Positions 40,354 to 53,764 of a stretch of DNA of 64,000 bases are shown here, piece after piece. Origin of the DNA: Eledone cirrhosa (lineage: Eukaryota); NCBI GenBank assembly GCA_964016885.1, contig OZ024741.1, positions 196,850,001 through 196,914,000 on the forward strand, given 5' to 3'. The notes under the pieces are model-generated. The model was not told the DNA's origin and searched no databases. It saw only the letters and a program-made list of their open reading frames with translations. Each line of letters starts with the position of its first letter. Position 1 is the first letter of the stretch. Both the position numbers and the translations under genes were made by a program.

Positions 40354-41338
40354 CTAGAGAAAAGAACAAAAGAAATGATAAATTCATGTAGAAAAAACAA
40401 TGGATCAGTAATGTAGATTGTCATTAAAAATGTATTTTTAAGAATAAATTTAGATAGATTGTATAACTAACTGTAAGAAAATAAACTTAGTTACAAATTA
40501 TATTAATTATAATCAGTTAAAAAGAGTCAGATTTCAAAGCTAACATTAAACCAATAGATAAAAAAAATTTTGCAGAATTATGATAAATTAACTATAAATT
40601 TAGTTTGAAGAATTACTAAACATAATGAAATATTTATGTAGTAAGTAATTGATTAGATATTAGTAAATTTAGTAGACAAGTATTTTGCTGAAATAGACAA
40701 AAATTTTCTTTAGGTAGGCAAAATTCAATAAAATGTTAATGGATAAGATACAAAACCTGTAAAAAAAAAGAAGAAATTTAACAGTTTAACAAAAAACTGC
40801 ATACACAGGAATAATTTGAGAAGTAAGAAGAAAGATATTAGGTGATGTTAAAGAGATAGAAATATATAGGAAACTATTAACTATAACTAACTTCTTTTAC
40901 AAGATCAACAGTAAATGATAAAAAAAAATGTTAAAAAATGTATAAAGATTTCTTAGCATTTAAGTTATATTGATTCACATTTCTTCAAAGCATAATGATC
41001 ATAATAATAATAATAATAATAAAGAAATGTAATTGCATGTTATACACACTGGTGCACATTATATACAAATCAACATGACATTTTATGGGCTAATAGGTAT
41101 GAAGATTAGTATTATTTTTAGATCTTGTACTATTTTCAGATAGCTAAGTCAACTAGATAGTGTTATATTTGGGGAGGGTCATGGTGTTCTAATAAGTAAA
41201 TGAGAGTATGTCTGAAACAACAAAATACCTGCAGCAGATTTGAAAAGAACACATACAAAGGTATTCCAATGTTTAAATCATTTAGCAATTACAACTGGTT
41301 TTTTATTAAAGACTAAAGAGCATTATTTGATATCAAAC

Positions 41339-41522
41339 GGGCGGTGGATTGGCAGTATCGGTAGAGGGTCGGACGCCATGCTTTCAGCATAGTTACGTCC
41401 CTTTACGATCTGAGTTCAAATCCCGCCGAGGTTGACTTTGCTTTTCATCCTTACGGGGTCGATAAAATAAAGTACCAGTAATGCACTGGGTAATTGCTGG
41501 CCTTGTGCCTAAAGTAGAAACA
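41339..41522 (+). mobile_element. SINE family A, plus orientation
   Basis: GGGCGGTGGATTGGCAGTATCGG...GAGTTCAAATCCC...GTAGAAACA. 17-bp TSD ATTATTTGATATCAAAC (41322-41338, 41523-41539). Confidence 0.95.
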
Positions 41523-42722
41523 ATTATTTGATATCAAACTATTGATCAAATCAAATTCATCATTATCATCATTTAATGATGATGATGCATTTCATTTCAT
41601 CAATAGTTTGATATCAAATGAATGTTAATATTGAATGAAGATATCTTTGAGTAGTAATTGTTTATTTTAAGGTTTCAACTGAAGAGGACAGTTTTAGTGT
41701 CAGGGAAAAGTTGTCTTTGTGATGGAGGTTTTTGACATTAAAAAATTTCAAAACTAATTTGCCCATGAAAACATATCATTGATACACATTTAAATATAAT
41801 CTTATTGAATTCTGTGTATTTTTATATGATGAAAGTAAAACTGTAGCAGCTTAGTGATTTGTCTAAACCTTTCAGGTATTTAATTCTTTACAGGGGTTGA
41901 AATAATACAATATTTAGACAAATTAAAATATTCTGGTAATTGTTATTCCAAACAATTTTTTTCATCTTTATTTAACATTTTTAATAAATTATATAAAATT
42001 CATACAATTTATTTTAGCCTTCAATTATGTTTTCAACTCCTTATCAAATTTTCTCTTACATAACCATATTAATTTTATATAGATTGAAAATCAGTTTAAA
42101 TAACAATCTATTCTTAAACTTTATTTATCTTTCTTGTCAAGTATAGAAACTTTTCTAATAATTTAGATAGATCCCTTGATCTGCTAGCTTAATTTGAAAA
42201 AATTTTCATTACAGACTAACTTAATTAGAACTATCTTCTACCCAACTGAACTCACAATTATATATGTTTAAATGAATAAAATGCAAGATAGATGAATAAC
42301 ATCTCATTCTCCACACTCCAATATTTTCTTTGTCAATCATGATGAAAAAAATCTTCCAAGCTTATTTTTTTTATTTCAATAAATATGAAACAACTGATTA
42401 TTGTGCACCAACAGATTATATTTGTGTAGAGAGGAATAGTTCTGAAAATCAGGTTGTATTTGTTTAGTGAGAGATAGAATTCTGAAAACTAAAATATGAA
42501 AACCATAAAAGGAAAGAAACCACCACCAAAAATTAATAAAAGAAATTTAATTCATATTCATTATAAATTATATTTTTACTTATCATTCCTTAATTTATTG
42601 AACTTAATTCTTCCAGCGGTTATGAATTTTTTTTTCTTTTTTCTAAGTAAATTGGAATGTTAAATCTCAATAATTTTAAAAGAATGCATTGATATCATTT
42701 TTTGCCAATTTTCTCCATGTAC

Positions 42723-43015
42723 GTATGAAGATTAGTATTATTTTCAGATATTGTACTATTTCCAGATAGCTAAGTCAATTAGAGTATGTCTGAAACAAAA
42801 TACCTGCCACAGGTTTGAAAACAATGCATGCAGAGGTATTCCAATGTTTAATTCATTTTACAATTACAACTGGTTTTTATTAAAGACTAAAGAACATCAT
42901 TTGATATCAAACTATTGATCAAATCAAATTCATCCTCCTCCTCATCCTCATTATTTAATGTCTTTGATGATGATGAATTTCATTTCATCAGCAGTTTGAT
43001 ATCAAATGTTGCTCT
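42723..43015 (+). repeat. Second copy of a ~290-bp local duplication (first copy 41097-41620, SINE-interrupted) ending in a hairpin
   Basis: GTATGAAGATTAGTATTATTTT...CAATTACAACTGGTTTTT...TTTGATATCAAACTATTGATCAAATCAAATTCATC is present in both copies. Confidence 0.9.
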
Positions 43016-44341
43016 AATAGAGACCAGTTCTATATTTAAATTCCTTTCTTATTAAAAGAAATGCAACTTTATAGTTATTATACTGTAAGAATAAAAATAG
43101 GTAAATAAAAGATGAAGTAATGCTTATAAAATTAACAAGACAGAACATCAATTTATATTAAGGAACAACTGCCCCAAGTCTTTCAATTAATTCCAGCTTT
43201 CATGAAGTGCAGGTATAATTGGATTATTTGTTACTAGGATTGGATGAAGTAGTTAAAGTATTTCCCTTTGAAAAGGAATACATTAAATCATAGTGATGAT
43301 ATTTTATTTAATACTAATCGATTATATTTAATTTAATATTCTATTTAATACTAATCGATTATGAACTCCAAAACCATATATAGTCCTGATCAAAAGTTTG
43401 AACACTGATAAAAAAAAAAAGGTTTTATACTGTAATTGATGAAGTGGATGAAAACAAGGGGAATGTATTTTGAAATACAATACGCAGTTTACTTGAAACT
43501 GTGTACAAATATCGACACTGTTCAATATTTATTATGACACCTCTTGACTCAAATAAGCAGCAGTCATGCTAGTCCACCCTATAAGGTGGTTATGCTAGTG
43601 CTATTACAAAAAGAGTTTAGCTTGTTATCTGGTCACACTGGTGCCATGAAAAACGCACCTAGTCCACCCTGTCAGGTGGCCATACTAGAACTATGACAAA
43701 AATCACCTAGTCCACTTTGCATGGGGGTAGGAGTAGCATTAAGAAGTATATTCAGTCTTAGAAAATCAAGCTAAAATGGATTTTATGATCAAAACATGGT
43801 CACCTGACCTGTGAAGCCTCATCATGCGACAGCCTGTTTAACACATGCAAACTTGGAAAATAGACATTAAAGAGTGATGATGATGATGATGATGATGATG
43901 ATGTTACTTGTAAATATTGAGTTGATAATTATTTTTTATTTTTATATGAAAACATATTTAGAAAACTCCCAATTTACATTTTTGTATTCAAACTCTTTAG
44001 CAGAACTATTCATACTAATAGTAACAGAATTGTCAATAAAGAATGTTGGCACCTTATTCAATAATTAAATTAAATTTGTAACTAATCAGACATTTCTGCA
44101 GAATAACAAACTAGAAAATTTAAATTAAATATCCTCGGCTTTGCCAGATTGTGAAAGATGATAGATATATAAAGAGAAACCAGAATACAGAAAAAAAGCC
44201 AGTATTAAAAATGAGAGTGAAATAAAACAAAATTATTAGAATATAAGTGCAGATAAAAGTTGAAAACCAGTAGATATAAAAACCCAAGAACAAATATATG
44301 TCAGGTTGAAAGCTGAAGTTATCTCAAATGGTAAGTGTTAC

Positions 44342-44392
44342 CCTTTAGGATGACCCTGTCTGCCAGCCAAACTACCATGTGATGTACTACGT
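44342..44392 (-). CDS. EML: EML/EMAP-like gene, coding exon (51 nt, phase 2-2): RSTSHGSLAGRQGHPKG
   Basis: On the minus strand: pyrimidine tract TTTATTTTTCCTCTATAG| acceptor, open frame, and donor AAAGG|GTAACA. The phase matches the next microexon (GG+T = Gly). The peptide is a low-conservation linker, so support is mainly splice signals and phase. Confidence 0.7.
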
Positions 44393-46114
44393 CTATAGAG
44401 GAAAAATAAACATCAAATATACATTAATAAGCATGGCAGTAGCCACAGGCTGGTCACAAGGATAGTGTGCATTCTGTAATGTAAAAGGTTAAAATTATCA
44501 TAAGTGGAAAATTGAAAACATTTAAACTCTTTTCTTTGCTTAGAATGCAATGACAACCCATATCTAGAGACTAATTTTCAGTATTTCACAGGTTTAAAGT
44601 ATAATTAACATGCTATGATCTTCTGTGTAAATATCAGGAGGAGGAGGAGGAGGCAGGTTATATTGAGCTTGACATTGAGTGCAAAAACGAAAATATTGCT
44701 ATCTTTTTTTTTTTAATGCTTAGCCCCCTCTTTTCTACTTAATTTTTGTTCTTTCAGATCAAGTGCCCCAGAACATAATGTTGAAGGGGAATAACAAGGA
44801 AAGAGGTTAAATGAGATGAGAGTATGGATATGAGTGTGGAGAGGAAAATGTAAATGAGGAGGAAGAGTGAGAATGTTAGATATATGTTAATTGTTGGTAA
44901 TGGATGGAGCAATACTGGGTTTATCATGATAGGGGAGAGCTAGTGCTGCATAGCAACTGAGAAATGTTTTATTGAAAGTATTGGATAAGAATTACAAGTC
45001 TCATGGGGAAGAAAGTGAGAGTATGAATGTGAATGGAGAAACAAAATAAAAAGATGGCAGGGTGAGATTACAATGGTAGCTACATGTTAATTATTGGTAA
45101 GACACTGGGCTATATGCAATGGTAGGAGAGAGCCAGTGATAGATAATAATACAGAATTGATGGTGTAGTGTTAGAGTTTTGGAAGAAAAAAGAGGTAGTG
45201 ATAATGATATTGGTCAGTCTACATCAATAATGAGTGCAGTGGAAATGGTAGTTGTAGTGATATAGGGGTGTAGGCAAGAGTGAGAATAGTAGTGGGTAGG
45301 TGGTTAATATGGAATATTAAAATTATTTGCATATTTATATATATACATACATATACATGTATACAGGTATATACATAAATACCTCAGTGTGTGTGTGTGT
45401 GGTGTGTGTGTGTGTGTGTGTGCACATATATACCATATATACATGTATATACATACATATATATACACATACATATGTGAGACAAGTCAGATTAGGTGAC
45501 CGTGTCTTGCTCATACAGAACTAATTCCAGCTTGGTTTCTATGGCTGGATGCCCTTCCTAATGCCAACCACATTTACAGCGTGTACTGGGTGCTTTGTGT
45601 CATGACTTCTACATGACCACTTAACAGTATGAGCTGAGCAATTTTTGTTGTGATACCTACATGACCATTTTACAATGTGTGCTGAGCGCTTTTTGTTGTG
45701 GCACCAAAACGACCACTTTAGAGTGTGGGCTGGAAACTTGGGTGGGGGAGGTAGATCTAGAGAGGTGGGTGAGAAGTGGGATGTCAGGACATGGGTGGAG
45801 AAGGTAGTGTATACTTCAGCCAGTGAACAGGGGAAGGCGGGTCTGCTGTATTACTGTATAACACCAAAGATCTTGATCCTGTGACATTGTCTTTGAGAGC
45901 TGCAATTGTGCAAAGTCAGCTTTTATTATCTTATCCCTAGTCTTCCAACTCCATAGCTTCCATCAATTTTGAGTGCTCTGTGCCTTTTTATACAGCTGCA
46001 TATGCATCACATGTCCATACCAATGCACTCTATTGCACACTGCATCTGATCCCTCTTATGCCTAGTTTCTCTCTCAGTTCATTTATGCTTACACACATAT
46101 ATTCACACACACAC

Positions 46115-46170
<56 letters not shown>

Positions 46171-46231
46171 TCGTTTTTGAATTTGTTTTGCAAGATTTCT
46201 TATCGAAAAATGTGTGTTGGAACAGATATTG

Positions 46232-46590
46232 TTTATACTTTGGAAGGGTCATGTTGCTAATAAAAAGCACATGCACCTGTTAGATTTCACTTTAATTTAT
46301 TATGAATTTCCGGTTGGTTGGTTGGTTCGATAACTGGATGGTTGTTTATATATTGTCAAAGCTCTTTTGTCACCAGTGACTGGGTTTTTGTTTTGTCTCT
46401 CTCCTTTGTTCTGTCACCGTGGTAGTCACACAGTGTGTGACGAAAGAGCTTTGACAATATATAAACAACCATCTAGTTATTGAACCAACCAACTAACCAA
46501 CCAACCAACCAAACCGGAAATTTATAATAAATTGAAGTGAAAACCAACAGGTGCATGTGTTTTTATTGGCAGCATGACCCTTCCAATGTA

Positions 46591-46594
<4 letters not shown>
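46232..46594. repeat. Long inverted repeat (arms about 140-155 bp, spacer about 63 nt)
   Basis: TGGAAGGGTCATG...TTGTCAAAGCTCTTT (46232-46373) is mirrored by AAAGAGCTTTGACAA...CATGACCCTTCCA (46437-46594). Confidence 0.93.
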
Positions 46595-46626
<32 letters not shown>

Positions 46627-47332
46627 ATACACACACACACATACATATGTATACATACACATATACACATATATATATTCAAGGCATATATCAGTGAAAG
46701 ATATATAAACATTAGAAAGGAACCAAAAAACTGGTGTCAGTTTGCCATTGGAACAAAGTGTCGCAATCTATGGTATTGTTCACAAATTCTGTTATATAAA
46801 ATAAGTTAAATAAGTTTAAAGCTAGCTCTAATTTCTGGTTGAAGTCAATTTATACAATGATATTGTAATTTAGAAAAACATAAAAGTTACATACACTATC
46901 TCATAACATCCTCTATAAACTAGTGGCTATGTGCTTAAAAAACTAACAAACAAACAAAATAAACAAACTAGATTGACTAGCTAGCCAACAGATGATATTT
47001 ACTATAGAACAACAGATTAATCAATTAATCAATAAAAAAAAAAAAATCAATCAATTAATATTTATTATTCACAATGTTAGCAAAGATAAAACCATTCTGT
47101 AATCAATCATAGTGATTGTTGTGATTTCACCACATCTGTTTTGAACAGGTGGCTACAGATGTTACTTACACTATATTTGTATATTACACTAGCAATGATT
47201 TTTTTGTCTTTACAGATCATAATTGTGATTCATCAAAAGTTAGAGAAAAAGACATCCAGCATGTCATCAAAAATGTATAAACTACTTCAATTAATGATGA
47301 TATACACACCAAATATCAAAATATATAAAGAA

Positions 47333-48180
47333 CTAGCAGAATGGCCCGGCGTTGCTCGGGATTCTAAACATAGATTGGCATGTTTATCCCTCCTTTCTGA
47401 AACAGTACGGAGAAGTATGGAATACCTTGGACTCAGGATGTTGTCTACATTTTGTGCTTATAAAAAAAATTTGTCGTAGATTACCAGGGGTTTAACTTAA
47501 TTGGGTGCCTGAGAGTAAAATGTCCAACCCACGAAAGCCAACACAATAGGGTTAAGTAAAAAGGCATTCAACCAGCAATGAGAACAATATTTGCTCTAGG
47601 GTTCTTATATATTTGATATATATTTATCCTTATCGAGCCTCGTGAAATAAACATGTTTGTTTATATTTTGTTATTGTGTATGCATAAATATCTGTACACG
47701 AATATATAATTAGAAATATATATATATATATTAAAATAACAGATTAAAGTTTAAGCAAAGAATCGCTGCTTTCACCATTAACGGGATCTTCTGAAACTAA
47801 AAAAGTCAATCTGTGAATGCAGAATTAAATATTTCGAAAAACCTTACACACTATATATATACACACACACACACTATATATCCATATACACACACACATA
47901 TAGCGTCATAATGCAGACAACCAGACATACAGACAGATATTATAAGGGCACGACGTTATACCTATGTATCTATCTAAAAAGGCAGACTAAGAAAAACAGA
48001 GAGAGATCGCTAAATCGCGTAATGCGGTCCCTAGGGCATTGAAAATTTGAAATACTTTTTGCTCAAAACACTCACACGACCATAAGTATTACATGTGTAA
48101 AGTTTTTAAAAAAAAAATCGGTTGGGTGGTTCTCGAGATTTAGGGAGTCAGACAGACATTCTCTGTTTTAGATATATAGA
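47333..48180 (-). mobile_element. Non-autonomous Helitron
   Basis: On the minus strand it starts A|TC (48180) and ends CTAG|T (47333). A GC-rich subterminal hairpin CCCGGC-GTT-GCTCGGG lies at 47345-47360. No TSD. CpG-richer than the flanks. Confidence 0.85.
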
Positions 48181-48212
48181 TAGTATATTTTGAATATTTA
48201 GGATTGATAACG

Positions 48213-48768
48213 GCGCCGTGTTCACGAGTGATGGAAGGCAGGAGGCTGAATTAAATGTAAGAATTACAAAAGCTGATGCAGTAATGTGCCAGCTTCAGTA
48301 TTCAGTGATCAGAAGAAGGGAGGTAGGCGTAAAAGCCAAACTCGCCGTCTTCAATTTGGTTTTCATGCCAACTCTTATCTATGGTCATGAATCTTGGGTA
48401 ATGACCAAAAGAATATGGTTGTGAATACAAGTGGCCAAAATGGGTCTTTGGAGTAACGTTACTCAATAAAGTGTATATATCGGAGATCAGCGAGTCACTC
48501 CAGGTAGAGCCGCTACTTCTCCGAATTGAAAGATCACAGCTCCGATACTATCGGCATGTGGTTAGAATGTCTCGGGAAAGAATTGCTAAACAAATTTTAT
48601 GGGCAAAACCAGCCAGCCAGCCAGCAGGAGACCCAGGGGTAGACCCTGAGCAAGATGGTTGGATAACATCCATTGGAGATGGTTGCTTCTGACAGGATCC
48701 ACTGGAGGGAGTGTTTGAGGACTCTGCCCTCTCAACCCACTCAGGAATAAGTGGTTGAAGAAGAAGAA
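48213..48768 (+). mobile_element. 3' fragment of the same RTE-clade LINE, copy 3
   Basis: FTSDGRQEAEL...YGHESWVMTKRI and VEPLLLRIERSQLRYY. Ends GAATAAGTGG followed by (GAA)n. Confidence 0.88.
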
Positions 48769-49856
48769 GGATTGATAACTGACATGTCAGATAATTTAGT
48801 TCACAATGAAGAATCAATATAAAATAGTGAATAGTTAAAAAGTGGATTGGCAGAATCAATAAAGCATCGGAGAAAATGCTTTGTAGCATTTAATGATGAC
48901 TCTTTTCATTCTGAGTTCAAAACTGGCCAAGGTCAACTTCGCTTTTCATCCTTGTAAGGTCGATAAAATAAAGTACTAGTTAAGTAGTGCAGTCGATATA
49001 ATTGATTTCCCCATTCTCTCAAAATGCTGGCCTTGTGCCTATATTAGAAAATTAATAAGAAATTGCAATAACTTTATTCATGCATGTGGCTATGAGTACC
49101 CAGTTTAGAATAGGTACACCATGTTATAAGAAGTGACTAAAATGGTTGGTGACAAAACATGGAGAGTTTTGTGCATAACTGTTTCCTTGATATGTAGTAA
49201 TTATATATTTCTGTGATTAGTTGTTATGTCCATCATAAGGAGAAGCTAATATAATGCAAATATATTATTAATTCTACTCATTTTATATCCTACATCCCTA
49301 GATATCAGTGGTGCAGCTTTTCAGTATGAGGGATTTTGCTACTGTGAAGTTAAAATGTTTAAGAATCAAGATTACATTTAAACATTTTTTTAAATTTTTT
49401 AAAAAATAAATCTCATTTTATCACAACAAAAATAGAATGATAGCAAAGTTCATCATTTCAAAGGATAGTTAATTCTCAAACAAAAGAAATTATGGTTATT
49501 TAACATCTTCAAGTATTTTCAGAGCATTAAAAAAAATAGATGGATAGAAAATATAATAGAAAATTACAAATATAAAATTCATTTAATTTCACAAAGAGGT
49601 TAAAGTCTATTGACATTAATGCCGTATTAACAGATTCAAAAACAAAATGACAGAGGTAAAAAAATAGCGCCATGTGTGTGCTGTTTGAAGGATTGTCTAT
49701 TAGTATAGACATAAAATACACTGGAGGCACATACACATATGTATAATAAAAATAAGTTTTACTAGAAAAATGATAATCAACCCATGAACCAGATAAATAT
49801 TTTCTTTTGATGAAACGGAAATTTAGTTTGTAATGGTAATATCAAAAATGGTTTAA

Positions 49857-50142
49857 CCCCTTTGTTACCATATTTCCAATGCCTATTTTTCCAATGCCCA
49901 TATTTCCACATACCTATGATTCCAATGCACATATTTCCACAGCCTATGATTTTTGATTACATCAAAAATTTGGAAGGACTCAGTAATATACCTTTCTTAT
50001 TATTAAACTGATGTTTGGAACACAATTTAATATATGTTCTTACAACTAAGGTGGAAGGTTTTTAGATAAATATAAATACTTTAAAACAAAGTTTTGCATT
50101 GTAAAACCAGGAGTGGTTTCAGGCAGGTTGGTATCAAAAGGG
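49857..50142 (+). mobile_element. piggyBac-type MITE family A
   Basis: TTAA/TTAG flanks. TIRs CCCCTTTGTTACCA / TGGTATCAAAAGGG. Internal short TATTTCCA repeats. Confidence 0.85.
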
Positions 50143-50211
50143 TTAGATAAATTGAAAAGAAGATCTGCTGTGGTAACTCAAGTGAGACATACAGTATGTC
50201 ATATTGACATA

Positions 50212-50300
50212 CCATATATACTCGAATATAAGCCGATTCCCCATTTTACCATCAATTTTTTTTGTCACATATTTCTTGGCTTATACATGAGCATATATGG
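50212..50300. mobile_element. Tiny pogo-type MITE (89 bp)
   Basis: TA flanks. TIRs CCATATATACTCGAATATAAGCC / GGCTTATACATGAGCATATATGG, similar to the TIR of 57224-58317. Confidence 0.85.
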
Positions 50301-50725
50301 TAGATATATCCTAGTTCCATTCAGTATTGTCAATAACTGATAACACTATCATTTCACGTTCTTTGAAAAACATCAGCTGAATGTTGCATCATGGGTCTCA
50401 GTGAACAGATGTGCAAATTCATTATCTTAGAGGATATTGAGGGTTCATGCAGAAAAATTGATAATAATGATAATAATCAAATATAGAATATATATATATT
50501 TGTATTGGTTTCTTTCATTTCTTCAAAGAAGTACCTTACCTTAAATATCAGAACTCAACTCTTCTCATTGAACATAACCTTATTCTATGAATTTTCTTCT
50601 TTCTTTTTTTTGCTGATAGAAACCTTAATAGTTTTTACAGATTCTGCTTTTTTTTTTTTTTTTTTTTACTAGAGATGATATCTCTAATGTCTAGATGTTA
50701 TCTGCCAAAATATGAAGACTTTCAA

Positions 50726-50945
50726 CTCTTAACATCCTGTAATGATCTCGCAGAAAATGTCTAGAAATGGATTTGTTGAGTCAAATGTTTATAGTATCTT
50801 TATTAGTGGCTAGATTATTATAAAAGTGTTTTTACAGTATTAGAGGAAATACTTTAATCTTTAATATGATGCAATCATAGTGCTGTTGTGTACTTTTCAA
50901 GAATGTTTGGCTAATGTGATTTCATGTGGTACAGGACGCCAAGAG
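50726..50945 (+). mobile_element. piggyBac-type MITE family B (other copies at about 19048-19240 and, reversed, 56226-56487)
   Basis: TIRs CTCTTAACATCCTGTA / TACAGGACGCCAAGAG followed by TTAA. Shares TCAAATGTTTATAGTATCTTTA with the 19.1-kb copy. Confidence 0.8.
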
Positions 50946-51419
50946 TTAAGAAGCTTTTCTTAGGTTAAAATAAATAGGAAGACTGTTCATAGATAACTTA
51001 TCGAATTTCTTTGTTCAGACACTCAATAATTCTGACTGTGATCATAATTTTTCCAAGTTTTCCTTAATTTAATTAAACCTCCCTCTGTTCTTATTAATAA
51101 CCGATATTTTCTGACCAAATAAACTACTGCCTATTTAAGCTACCTATCCAATGGAAGTAATTTGCTGAAGTTTGAAAATAGGTTAAACCATTGCAATTTT
51201 CTCTGAAATGCTTTTTGTTAGTAAAGATAGCAAAAAATTATCACATGTATTTTAACAATTCTAAGGGTAGAGGAGACCCTTCAAGACTCTTTAGACAAAC
51301 CCCACTCGAGTGATGGTGACATGATAAAAATACTGGTGACAATACAACCTTCAACTCACTGATGTTCTTTATGAGTGCTTAAATGTTGAAACTAAATAAT
51401 TCAAATAATGGTGTAAAGG

Positions 51420-52372
51420 AGGTTGGAATATCATGGGAAGGGCTTTCACCCAGCAAGTGTTCCCTTGCCCAGCGGTAGGGACCAAGTCATCATCCAAACT
51501 ACTGCTGTTGTTGAAAGAAGACAGAACGTGGCAAGAACCAACTGGACGAAGAAATTGAATAAAATTGTAATGAAATGTTATCTGAAATGTGGAGAGGTAT
51601 TTGGGAGCAGGATGTTGAGCCTAACAGTCGGGCATAGTTGACTAAAACTGTTAAAAAGGAGATCAATGAACAAGCACACTAAACAACCTGATTTGAGTAT
51701 CTCGGTTGAAAGCCTTAAAAAGCAGACCAATAAATTAACCAACTTGAAATCACCAGGCTCTGATGGTGCGCAAAGATATTGGATTAAAAATATAATTGTT
51801 TCTACTTTAGGCACAAGGCCAGCAATTACCCAGTGCATTACTGGTACTTTATTTTATCGACCCCGTAAGGATGAAAGGCAAAGTCAACCTCGGCGGGATT
51901 TGAACTCAGATCGTAAAGGGACGTAACTATGCTGGAAAGCATGGCATCCGACCCTCTACCGATACTGCCAATCCACCGCCCTTAAAATATAATGTCTTCC
52001 CATCTGATACTGGCAGCCATGTTCAAAGGCTGCTTCATATTGAGTGAAGCAGTAGTTAATGAAAGGCCAAGCTAACGGAAATGACATTACCAACCATAGG
52101 CATATTACATGTCTGTCCTTGATGTGGAAATTGCTAAGAAGTATTATGTTTGAGAAAATCTACCACCACCTCGACAAACTTATATTGCCAGAGCAACAGA
52201 AAGGATGCTGAAAGAAGTCATGTGCTGCAAAAGACTAGTTACTTATTGATAAGATGATAACAAGGAGCTGTAAGAAGAGACATACTAGTCTTGCCATGGG
52301 ACAGATAGATTACAAGAAAGCATTCAACATGGTTCCTCATTCTTGGATAACCAAGTGCCTCAAAATCTTCAG
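51420..52372 (+). mobile_element. Decayed R4/Dong-like (RLE-type) non-LTR retrotransposon fragment, interrupted by a SINE
   Basis: KSPGSDG.Q.YW.K, ITCL..MWKLL, LPEQQKGC, LLIDKMI and IDYKKAF.MVPHSWI.KCLKIF. A C-terminal LLGTARI.R remnant lies at about 53185-53230. Confidence 0.82.
51797..51981 (-). mobile_element. SINE family A inserted in the R4-like LINE
   Basis: Full-length copy with an AAAATATAAT duplication on both sides. Confidence 0.92.
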
Positions 52373-52379
52373 CAATAAC

Positions 52380-53160
52380 AACAGGGACATATTAATAGAT
52401 AGATATTAATAAATAAAATAAATAGTACAGAATAAATTAGGAAACAGGAAAATGATGCCCCAAAATGGAAGAGAAACAACACAGGGTGATTCAGAACAGC
52501 CCAAACACAAATCTGGATTATTCGACACATCGAACAAAATGCTTCTCCCAGTTCTTGTTGGTAGCATACACCCACATAGTTAATGTGGGTACATTTAGCC
52601 ATGCTATTTTTGCTAATTTCACCCACCTTTCATGAAATTTACTGAAGGGCAACACTTCCTTTTCTACCTTTATTGTCCTCATCAAATAATATTTGAAGTT
52701 GATGAGCACTTGTCTTTAGAAGAGCTTTACCTTCAAACCATCATACCACTTCCTTTGTCATAGCTACTAGACAGAGAAAGACTACCTCCTCTTCTATGCC
52801 AAAGGAAGGTGGTGGTTCAAACTTCATCTGACAGCCAGATCTGTCCTGCACATGGTAACACCTATTTGACAAATGCACAAATCAGCAATGTATAGACATT
52901 GGATGATTGCATGCTGGATGGTTTTTATCAACCTGCACCCATCTTGGACAGCTTAGGTTTTTGTAGATTCATCCTAATTAGGCAATTGTCAGGCCAGGGA
53001 CTTTGGGAAATTATCCATAAATTCTGACGTGAAAGTCCTCAAATGAGATTAATCAGACTGTCCACATTGACACTTAGAATCACTTCCCAGTAATTATCAC
53101 ACGTCTTCTACTCTCCTGCTATATAGAATGTGGAAGTTGACTGTCTAACAACTATATGGT
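52380..53160 (-). mobile_element. 3' fragment of an L1/Tx1-like LINE
   Basis: The minus strand gives CPR....KTIQHAIIQC (degenerate CCHC knuckle) and a C-terminal ...F.ERWVK. segment. Nested between the pieces of the R4-like element. Confidence 0.6.
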
Positions 53161-53764
53161 CTATATAATAATAATAATAATAAAACTCCTAGGAACAGCT
53201 AGATTTTCAGAAGGGTGTTGGGAACATAAACCCCAGGAGAAAGTAACCAAGAGTTCTTAGGTGATTAGTTATGACCCATCCTCTTGATTGACTAATGTGG
53301 CAAAAGTACAGCTTGAGAAAGAAATAACAATTATAAATAGCTGTGAAAATTTGAAATTAAAACAACATATTTCTTGGATATTTAAAATTAATAAATGATT
53401 AGGAAAGATAACAATCTGGCTGAAGTTTATGAAGCAGGCAAACAAATATTAAAATAATGTCTATTGAGATAATAATAACCAAAGTAAGATGGATAATTTC
53501 AATATGTAATTATGTGTACACTTATTCTATGTTTGTTTTGACAGAATTCAAACAAAATATTCATATAGTTTCTCAAAAGCCAATAAAGGTGAACAAAAGA
53601 AGAATCATTACTAGAACAGATATAGTTTGGCTCCAGTAGAGACAGTGAGAAACATTTTAGTAGACTTGAATACAATGAGAATAAAAGCATTTTAATTACA
53701 ATGTAAAGCTCGAGAGGAAACTACAGGTAATAAACTTCAAAATCTACATACATGTGGTTGCTAA

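Noticed and set aside
41339-41430. tRNA gene
   Set aside because: A and B boxes belong to the SINE head. There is no complete cloverleaf and it continues into the SINE body.
43874-44068. Poly-Met ORF and other low-complexity ORFs (23749-23940, 45327-45524, 45980-46180)
   Set aside because: These are translations of (GAT)n, (TA)n and (TG)n microsatellites.
50538-50580. Candidate minus-strand EML exon ending at AAG|GTAAGG
   Set aside because: Stops occur in all three frames and the acceptor is poor.
51666-51926. ORFs ending ...LFYRPRKDERQSQPRRDLNSDRKGT (also 63597-63959), and similar ORF 32860-33102
   Set aside because: The shared peptide is a translation of the SINE antisense strand, not a gene family.
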